From positions 544,001 to 608,000 of the forward strand of contig CAVRBU010000001.1 of NCBI GenBank assembly GCA_963719315.1: a DNA stretch of 64,000 bases, written 5' to 3'. This document shows, piece after piece, positions 1 through 8,606 of this stretch. The notes under the pieces are model-generated. The model was not told the origin of the DNA. It worked only from the letters and a program-made list of their open reading frames with translations, and did not search any database. Each line of letters starts with the position of its first letter. The first letter of the stretch is position 1. Both the position numbers and the translations under genes were made by a program. This DNA comes from an uncultured Planctomycetota bacterium (GTDB taxonomy: Bacteria; Planctomycetota; Planctomycetia; Pirellulales; Lacipirellulaceae).

Positions 1-2
1 TT

Positions 3-242
3 CGCCACGGCAGCCAAACGCAGCGCTATTACGTCGACGGCGGCTTCGTCCAAGTGGTCGACAACCTTGTCTCGGTGCTTACCAACCGCGCCGTCGCCGC
101 TAGCGCGGTCGATAACGCCGCTGCCCAGCAGCAACTTCAAACCGCCCTCTCTACTCCCGCCGCTGGCCCGGCCGAAATGGCGATCCGCGACCGCCAAATC
201 TCTCAGGCCCGAGGCCAACTCCGCGTGGCCAGCCGCATCTAA
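3..242 (+). CDS. atpC: F0F1 ATP synthase epsilon subunit, 3' part (5'-truncated by window edge)
   Basis: Frame from base 3 reads ...YYVDGGFVQVVDNLVSVLT...A..QLRVA, the epsilon beta-sandwich end and helical hairpin. Confidence 0.85.
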   Translation, partial: RHGSQTQRYYVDGGFVQVVDNLVSVLTNRAVAASAVDNAAAQQQLQTALSTPAAGPAEMAIRDRQISQARGQLRVASRI

Positions 243-997
243 GTGATCTGCCCAACTAAACCTTTAGCTTTGGCAAATCGCTAACGAGCGCGAGAGTCGT
301 GCACGCGGTGAGTTTTGCGCGAGCGCTTTGCGCAATGGAAATCGCAAGTCATTGAGGGGCAAGGGAGTACGATTGTGCGGGCGCGTGAAATTTTTTTTTC
401 GCGTGCAAAAGTCCTCCTTTTTGCACGGCGCGTCGGGCAGCGAACCACTGGGAATCCAGTGGTTCGCGCGTGCGCGAGGCGTGCAAAAGTAGGCGAGTTT
501 GCTCACTAAGAAACTCATTCCTGGCAGGATTTAGCGGTTCGCCAGAGCGATCGAGCCTTGAAAATGTGGCGATTTTTGCGGCGATTTACGCTGTTCCGGC
601 CCTTCGGCCAGCTTTGGGCAAAAAGGAGCGAGCGGGCGGAAGACCGCGCGCAACCTCTGGCTGATAGCTAACAGCTAATGGCTAACAGCTTATTCTAGAT
701 TTTCAAAGAGCAAACGCCGTCACAGTGCGGCGTGATGAGACTGTAGCAGATTGGCCGTGGCGATTCTACAATTATTCTTGGCCACCGTGCGAGTACAAGC
801 TGGTACTTGCTTCAATCGCGGCGAATACAATTCGCGAGAGTCAGACGCTGGCCGCTCCCACCATAGCCAATCTCGCGACCTCCGCCTGCTTGCCCTCACT
901 CACAACGTCATGATTCTCGTGCTGATCGAGGTTTTCTACAGTGCCGTGGTGTCCATTTTTCCTTTTCGTGATGGCCCCTTTCCTTTCGCCACTCAAA

Positions 998-1843
998 TTA
1001 ACGCTTGGCGGCAAACTCCACCGTAAAAGTCCCCTCGATTTTCGCAAGTTGCCGGCCAGCGAACGGGTTGCTGCGGTCTCCGCCCTGGAGGTAGTAGCGC
1101 AGCGTTGCTTGGTTGTCTTTGTCGCCGCGGCCTACGTCGATCTTATATTCAGTGGCCGTCGCGCTTCCTGTAAACCACGCCCGTACTACGGGTCCTGGAA
1201 GATCCACATTTTTATACCTAAGGGCTTCGATACTACGGCTCGAGTCCCGAATGTCAAATCGTCTCTCCTCTACAGTGAAGGCCGATCCAGGAAGCCGATA
1301 AATGCCCTCGAAGTAATGACAATCGACTTGCTTGTATCCCTTTTGCAAAAGCTAACGTCCGGTCGATTCCAACCCCCCTTCGGGAATGGTCGCGTCTAAT
1401 AATTCGATATTTTGATTTACGAAGCAGGGCGTTCTTCGCAGGTTTTGAAAGGTGATTGCTTGCCGGTTCTGCTCCAAGTAAATCCAGCCGCTATCCATTC
1501 GAACTGATTTGCCGGGAAGGATTCTCTTCCATCCCGACACAAGCCATGAACGCGGCTGACTGTTGGGAACAGGCCGATACTCGGCAAATCGTGCCTCGAC
1601 GCTTTGAAGGTTTGTGATAATAACCTCGCCCCTAGCCGAGGATGCGGTTGCTGCCGTGATGAACAGGATGAACAGCAAGAACGCCGCGCGTGTGATTAAG
1701 CAGGGCCGGAGCATTTCGCCTAACGATTCGGTCATCATCTTCGTTACCTTAGTCCATGCAACTTTACGGAATGTCAACCATTTGCGTCGAGCAGCAATCT
1801 TCCGTAGGACGCGCGCGTTCAGTATGTTGGTAGGATCATTCAA
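998..1843 (-). pseudogene. Putative secreted hypothetical protein split by one in-frame TAG (1352-1354)
   Basis: ORFs 1352..1843 and 998..1348 share a frame, separated by one TAG; signal-peptide-like AAFLLFILFITAATASSARG; true start probably downstream of 1843. Confidence 0.5.
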
Positions 1844-1938
1844 AGTGGGTAGAAGTCATCGTTCGCATCATTGACTCTCGTTGCTTTTACAGACGGTCGC
1901 TTGTTAGCATTGGACCATGACGAATAGTGTCGGTAAGC

Positions 1939-3210
1939 TCAATAGTTTGTAGGAGGCTGCATAATGAAGTCATCATGAAAGCCGTCGAGCTGTCCGCCGA
2001 ATTTGATGATTCGGCCTTTGACTTGTTTTTCGTCACCGCCGAAAAACCGCGGAAGTTCGGTATCGATTCGCGCGAGGTCGCCTGCCTGAAGTTCGGCAGT
2101 CCCTTCATTTCCAACGCGCTCAAGCACGAATTGAGGACCCGCTCGGCGTACAAGTTTCGTTGGTGAAAACACGGCTAGTTGGACATTAGTGTAACCAGTA
2201 CCCCCCGCCCCACTTATTACCAACGGGTAGTACACTGACGACGATTCAACGTGGTACAATACCGGAATTTTTGCTGGGCGAGGTTTATCGTCTGTTGCGA
2301 CTTGAGCTAATGGCTTTTGCACAACGAGATCAAGCACGAACCATTCATATCTGCTTCCACGGTATCGATCGATCGTAGTAAGCAATTTATCGGTGAGGAT
2401 TGGGGCGACGGCGTTTTGCCCATAACGATCCGCCAAGTAATTACGAAGAACGCCCCCTAACTCCTCCTGGATCGCCGACCGGCCGATCGAAGACAACCGA
2501 ACAGTGAGAAAGTCATGTACCCCGATCACAGCACTTGGCCCCAATTCATCGGCGGCTTTTCCCCCGTAGCCCTGCTGCTCTTGTAGTTTATCCTTGATCA
2601 ACTTGAACGCATCAGTACACGCATCTTCGTTCTTAGCCCTTTCAATCTTAATTGGCCGCCCAGGGAGCGGCATCATGGACATCATGGTCGCTTCGCCTTG
2701 AACAGGCTCATCATTGGTTTGAAGAATCATGATTTGCTCGTGGCCGTTCCACGCAATCATGGCGTCCTGATTTTCTTCTTTAAAGTATGCTTGTTGATTG
2801 TAGTAATTCGTGTAGTACACGGGTTCATCGATCGGTCCCGAGGGTCGAGGCACATTGCCCGGATGGGAGATTGGTTGCAGGTTGTTGATGTTCGTTACTG
2901 GGACATTCACATTCACATTGGTATTGGTATTGTTGTTGTTGTTGTTGATAAACGGCGGCCAAACATTTGGTGGGATGAAGTTTGGTCGCGGCCGAGGTCT
3001 CATTATGACTACGCCTGGCGGGCAAATTGGAATGAGAATGATTCGACAGCAATCGGCACGGGACTCGGGCAGAAGCATTCCAAGCACCGCGATTAGGAAT
3101 GCGGTTCCCAGACGAATCGTGTTTAAGAGCGGTCGAACCGTCAGAAGCTTGGCGGCCAAGCGAGTTATGAGGCAGTTCGTGTATTTCTCGTTTCTCATAG
3201 CAATCTCCAT
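1939..3210 (-). CDS. Secreted DUF2330-like protein with Pro/Asn-rich N-terminal linker
   Basis: EENQDAMIAWNGHEQIMILQT and downstream YYPLVIS resemble DUF2330 proteins; hydrophobic signal region; start uncertain. Confidence 0.55.
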   Translation of the reverse strand: MEIAMRNEKYTNCLITRLAAKLLTVRPLLNTIRLGTAFLIAVLGMLLPESRADCCRIILIPICPPGVVIMRPRPRPNFIPPNVWPPFINNNNNNTNTNVNVNVPVTNINNLQPISHPGNVPRPSGPIDEPVYYTNYYNQQAYFKEENQDAMIAWNGHEQIMILQTNDEPVQGEATMMSMMPLPGRPIKIERAKNEDACTDAFKLIKDKLQEQQGYGGKAADELGPSAVIGVHDFLTVRLSSIGRSAIQEELGGVLRNYLADRYGQNAVAPILTDKLLTTIDRYRGSRYEWFVLDLVVQKPLAQVATDDKPRPAKIPVLYHVESSSVYYPLVISGAGGTGYTNVQLAVFSPTKLVRRAGPQFVLERVGNEGTAELQAGDLARIDTELPRFFGGDEKQVKGRIIKFGGQLDGFHDDFIMQPPTNY

Positions 3211-3416
3211 AAATAGTCAATGGTGACATTGTGCGTATCCTGACATTCATCCTCGTAGAAAGCCCTGGCGTAGTTAAGCAGGCTTAAACGTCCGGCACGA
3301 TTTGCGTCATAACTTGGTGAAGCGCTCGCGCCGGAATTAAAGTTCATAGTTATGTTGATTGCCGATGCGGGCGAGGACAGGAGCAGGCAAAAAAGAAAAG
3401 ATAGACAGCGACGCAT
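3195..3416 (-). pseudogene. N-terminal fragment of a secreted protein
   Basis: Clear signal peptide MRRCLSFLFCLLLSSPASA, then ~50 aa of globular-looking sequence that ends abruptly overlapping the next gene. Confidence 0.4.
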
Positions 3417-3735
3417 AGGATGCCTTGTTGCAAAATGTAAGAACAGTCGAAGCGTTTGTTGGCGGCCCTCCGCAAAATCAACTCGGTCGGGTCAGCGCGA
3501 TCGCAACCCCGCGGAGCGGCCGGTGACCCGCGTGAGGGCCGTTGGCCGGTGTGGGTTCGCCGGAGGCTCTGTCCCGACCGAATCAATCTGGGTTTGCACG
3601 CTTGGTGATGGGTGCTCCGGAAGTTAAGATGCAATCCTCATCGCTTTTTGCGCGGATTCTCGAAAAGTTTTCCGTTTTGTTGCGCCGACTGCCGCCAATC
3701 CCCAAAATGTCATCCGCTATGGTAAGCATCCGCTG

Positions 3736-4362
3736 ATGGAACCCGCTTCCAGCAATCTGAGTTTGAAGTTCCTGTTGGCGCCCGCCACGTCCGGCGACTT
3801 CGAGGCGCGCGAGGAATTGCTCGCGCTCTACCGCCCCTATCTGCGGTTCGTGGCTGGGCGACGCCTTCCCACCATGGTGCAAAAGCGAGTCGACGCCTCG
3901 GACCTTGTGCAGCAGACGCTGATCGATGCCGTGAGGGGATTGCCCGAGTTTCGCGGGCAAACGGAGCCCGAGTTCACCGCGTGGATGATGCGGCTGCTGG
4001 AGCGAAACTTGCTGCAGAGTGTGCGGAACAATACGCTCGCCAAGCGCGACGTGCGGCTGGAGCAGGATTGGGGTGATGGCAGCGGCTCGGCGGTTTTGAT
4101 GTGGCAGCAACTTGCAGCCAACGGCTCGTCGCCGATGAGTGGCGTGTTTCGGGGCGAGGCAGCTTTGCACCTGGCCGCGGCGCTGGAGGAATTGCCGGCC
4201 GATCAGCGCACTGCCGTGGAGATGCGTTATATTGGACAGCAGTCGCTCCAGGCAATTGCCGACGAAATGGAGCGGACCGTGGGGTCGGTCGCAGGGCTGA
4301 TCCGTCGCGGCGTGGCAGGCCTGCACTCGATGCTGCCGGCGGAGTTTGGGGAATTGAGATAG
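3736..4362 (+). CDS. ECF sigma-70 factor (planctomycete kinase-associated type)
   Basis: YRPYL..VA, DASDLVQQT, F.AW, region 4 LP.DQR.AV..RY. Confidence 0.9.
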   Translation: MEPASSNLSLKFLLAPATSGDFEAREELLALYRPYLRFVAGRRLPTMVQKRVDASDLVQQTLIDAVRGLPEFRGQTEPEFTAWMMRLLERNLLQSVRNNTLAKRDVRLEQDWGDGSGSAVLMWQQLAANGSSPMSGVFRGEAALHLAAALEELPADQRTAVEMRYIGQQSLQAIADEMERTVGSVAGLIRRGVAGLHSMLPAEFGELR

Positions 4363-4548
4363 CCGTCAGCCGTCAGTTTTCAACTAATGACAGTAGTTCC
4401 AAGTTATGAGAAAGAGGGCAGGAACACTAATCGTCGCTAATTTCCACTAATTCGAAATTGCGGAAATTAGTGAGAATTAGCGTTCCCCAGTTATTCATTG
4501 CCTCGCCAGTCTCGAAACTTGGAAGTACTGAATGAGTAACACCTATTC

Positions 4549-7500
4549 ATGGACATCCGTGACCGTCCAATGACGATGCATGAGGAGCCGGCTGAGGCGG
4601 CGCTCGCCGAGTATTTGCTGCGGCGCGATCGCGGACAGAGCGTCGAGCTCACAGAGCTCTTTGCGGCCTATCCGGGCTGCGAAGCGGAGCTGCGCGAGTT
4701 TGTGGCGCAGGAACGGGCCGTCCATCGGGCGATGGCCGGCGTCTCGCCTGCCACAGCACCGGCACAGAACCTGACCGGTCGCACGCTGGGCGATTTTCGG
4801 CTTGTTCGCGAGCTCGGCCGGGGCGGCATGGGCATCGTGTGGGAGGCCGAACAGCTCTCGCTGGCTCGCAAGGTGGCGGTCAAGCTGCTGCCCGCCGCGC
4901 TTTGCTCCGATCCCAGACATCGGTCGCGGTTCCAAAACGAAGCCCGGATACTGGCTCAATTGGAACATCCGAATATCGTCAATGTCATCGCAGTGGGCGA
5001 GGATTCCGAGGCCTACTTTTTCGCGATGCAGTTCGTCGACGGGATGACTGTGGAGAATCTCATTCGCATCTGGAGCGATTCCACACAACACAGTAAGGCG
5101 GCCGAGTCGGCGACCGTCGGCGCGCTCAGCGACACGATTGCCGACGATCGCAATGGGTCCATTGATCGCCGCCGCACGACCCATGCTACGCGTGGATTGC
5201 GGCGAGTGCGGAAGGCCGGCGGCGGTATCGGACCAGTGTTCGCATCGCGGCGGAAGTGGCCGACGGATTGGTACACGCCCATGCGTGCGGGGTACTGCAC
5301 CGCGACGTTAAGCCGTCCAACATTCTTCTCGATAAAACTGGCACCGCTCGGTTGACGGATTTCGGCCTCGCGCGGATGTACGGCGATGCCACGCTGACCG
5401 TGACGGGTACGATCCTGGGAACGCTGCGCTACGCCAGTCCGGAACAGTTGTGCGGCTCGCCAACCGGCGTCGATGAGCGGAGCAACGTCTACTCGCTCGG
5501 CGTCACGCTGTGGGAATTGATCACCGGAAAGCGGCTCCATCAAATTGACGATGAAAACACCGCGGTCGGCCGCATTCTAAATGTCGACGTACCCCGAGTG
5601 CGCCTGTACGACAACGGCGCGCCGCGCGATCTGGAGACCATCATCTCGCGGGCGACGGCGCGCGAGCCGGCAGACCGATACCAATCTGCCCAGGCGCTGG
5701 CCGATGATTTGCGCCGGTTTCTCGACGGACAGCCGATCGAGGCCAAGCCACTTTCACGGCTCGAACGGTCATTTCGCTGGGCAAATCGCAATCGCGTTCT
5801 GGCAACTTCGGCGGTTGCATCCTTGGTTGTCCTGGCTAGCGTGTCGCTCTTGGCCAGTGGCCTCGTGCTGCGGGCAAATTCGCACACGGCGGCGGCCCTC
5901 CAAACCAGTCGGGCCAATGAAGAGAAAGCTCGCCAGAACGCGGAGGCCGCCGAGGCGAGCGAACGCAAAACGCGCGAACTGCTGTGTGTGGCGGACATGT
6001 CGTTGGCGGGGGCGGCGTTGCACAATAATGAGCCAGCCCAGGTGCGGATGCTTCTCGACCGATATGCAACGCCCAAGGCACGCGGCAACGGCTCGGCGGT
6101 GGATGACCCGCGCGGCTTCGAATGGTATTTTCTGGATCGGCAGATTCGGCCGCCATCCGAACTGCTATTCCAGAACGACAAAGCGCTGTACGTGGTTCAG
6201 TTCGTCGGTGACGGCAAGCAGTTTTTGACCGCCGGAATGGATGGAATCATCCGCTGGCACGATACAAACTCGGGAAAGGTCTTGCGCAGCCTCGACACGC
6301 AGCAGGTGGAGGTGAATTGCGTTTCGTACAATCCGGCCGGGACAATCTTTGCGACCGCCGGCGACGACGGGACGGTCAAGATTTGGGATGCCACGGACCT
6401 ATCGTTGCGGCATTCCATGGCGGCTTACGACGGCAAATGTTTTTACGCCAAATTTCTCAACGACGAGTCGATCATCACCGGCGGGTATCGCAAAGGTCAT
6501 CGGCTTTACAATGTCACCACTGGCAAGCTCGTCCGTGAGTACACGCCCCAAACTCCAAAGCTACCAGCCGGGCGATGGGGACATTCGCTGAGCGGTTTCG
6601 TGGCAAGTGGTGGAGATCGCTTTTGGACAACGGAAACGTGGAGCGATAGTTTCATGTACCAAGGACTCTACGAATGGAACGTTGCTACGGGCAAATCTCG
6701 GAGACTGTCCGAAGATGTCGGTCTCTTCAACGTGTTGGCTGACCGGTCGCAGAAATTCCTGTTCCTGGCCGCCAATCAACAAGTCCGCATTTTGGATGCG
6801 AAGTCAGGAGTTGAAATACGATCGATCCAAATAGGCAATACCCTGGAAGCGATGGCCCTATCGCCAAGCGATAATCGACTGGTCGTAGGCGATTCCACGG
6901 GTCAGATTCATATTTGGAGCTTGGACTTGAGCAACCTCGAGGAAACCTCGGAAGACCACGAAACGATTTCAGTTCACAAAGAGGTCGTCTATTCGGCCGC
7001 ATTCGCGCCGGATGGAAAGTCCTTACTCACGGTAGGTCGCGACGGTTCGGTGCGAAGGACGCAGTTGGAGATCAACGAGATCGCATTTCGCGAATTGTCG
7101 TGGTTGAAGGACCGGCTGTGCGCTCCCATACCGGGCACCGATCTTGTGGTGGCCACCGTGCCCCTCGGTGTTTATGAACGCTCGAATGGAAAGCTGATCA
7201 AAGAACTCTCAGCGAATTATTATACGGAGGTGGCAGCCAATCGTGACGGCACGTTGATTGCGGCCGGATCGGGTCCTCATATTGAGGCGTGGAACCTGGC
7301 CACGGGAAATAGAATTCTCAAGGTGGAACAGAAACGAAGATGGGTAGGGATCCTGGATTTCTCCTCGGATAGCACATGGCTTGCGGAAGACTCTCACGAT
7401 GGCGTCGACAAGCGAATTGATCTCGTCAGCATGGCGACTGGGAAGTCTGAACGATATTCTTATGCTGCAAACTCCACATCGAACGGGATTTGTTTTTGCA

Positions 7501-7946
7501 TCAATGACGGCTTGGTAGCGTGGCTTCCCACTCCATGCAAGCTTGTTTGTTGGAACGTACCCGACAAGACCGTGCGCTGGGAGACGAAGGACTTTGAGCG
7601 GCATCAACGGAGCATGGCGATTTCCCCCGATAGGAAGCTGCTGCTAACCGCGGAGCGACGTGTGTTGACGCTATACGAATGCCTGACTGGAAAAGTTGTC
7701 TATGAAATGCCGTGCGAGTACCCGATCAGATCGCTCGCCTTTCTTGGCGACGGCCGAAGATTTGTGACTGGCGGCGAGCACGGAGAGTTGAGCATTTGGC
7801 ATGCCGCCTCCGGGCAACACCTGTTCGAGCTTGCCAATGTCGGATTGGAAATCCATTCAATTCATCCCCTGAGCAAAGGCTTTCTGGCATCAACCTGGCG
7901 GTTGAAAGAAGGGGGGCGGCAGGAGAGAAAGTGGCTAGAATTCTGA
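4549..7946 (+). CDS. Ser/Thr protein kinase with TM helix and C-terminal WD40 repeats; frameshift between ~5166 and 5235
   Basis: LGRGGMGIV, VAVK, HPNIV in 4549..5355; HRDVKPSN, DFG, YASPE, RGFEWY and WD repeats in 5256..7946. Confidence 0.85.
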
Positions 7947-8080
7947 AGTTCAAGCGACGGAGTGCACACTTATTTTTGGCCAGCTAAAGATTCAATCGAT
8001 TGGCGCAGAAGTCGGTAATTTACGGGCAGCCGAAACGAGCTGCGGCCACTGAGTTTCCCTTCAGTTGCGTCCCACATTTT

Positions 8081-8503
8081 TTATTTCGAATGCGAAACAG
8101 ATCCGGTTCTTTTCATGTCAAACGTAAAGCTATTTTCATTGTTTGGTTTGACTTCGATTTCAAGAGGCGTCGTATCAGCCCGTTCGTATGCGGCTGGAAA
8201 ACGACTCTTACTGGGATCTTGGTTCCAATTTCGCTCAAGATCGGACACAGTCACAATGTGCTCGCCAACAATTGCACCATCGCCAGACTCAAACGTGGAC
8301 ATAACAAAATTGCCCTGCTCGTCCGTATTGCCGATTGCTGGTCGTCCCGCCTTGGGCGTGAATATCACGCGCGCCAACGTCGCCGGGCTACCATTGTACA
8401 ACAGGGTTCCGCGTGCAGGGACTGTCGGCGCGGTACCGGGATGCCCGCAGCCGACGAGGAGGATCGTTCCGAGAGTTCCCAATAGACGACAAACGCGATG
8501 CAT
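8081..8503 (-). CDS. Lipoprotein, carboxypeptidase-regulatory-like domain (DUF1559 partner)
   Basis: Lipobox LVGC; G.TD..G.F..ST....DGA..G.H.V, P..Y....TTPL; directly downstream of DUF1559 gene. Confidence 0.8.
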   Translation of the reverse strand: MHRVCRLLGTLGTILLVGCGHPGTAPTVPARGTLLYNGSPATLARVIFTPKAGRPAIGNTDEQGNFVMSTFESGDGAIVGEHIVTVSDLERNWNQDPSKSRFPAAYERADTTPLEIEVKPNNENSFTFDMKRTGSVSHSK

Positions 8504-8606
8504 TGAGTGGTCTCCTTGAATCCACATTGAATTCTATGAATGATTCTCCGACCCCCCCCCGCAGAGACAAGTTGTGGCGGGGATCCTAATTAATTGAGTA
8601 CAGAAG

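Noticed and set aside
264..720. Non-coding region after atpC with repeated GTGCAAAAGT and an imperfect palindrome (~343-371), as a MITE or ncRNA
   Set aside because: No clear terminal repeats, target duplication or second copy in the window.
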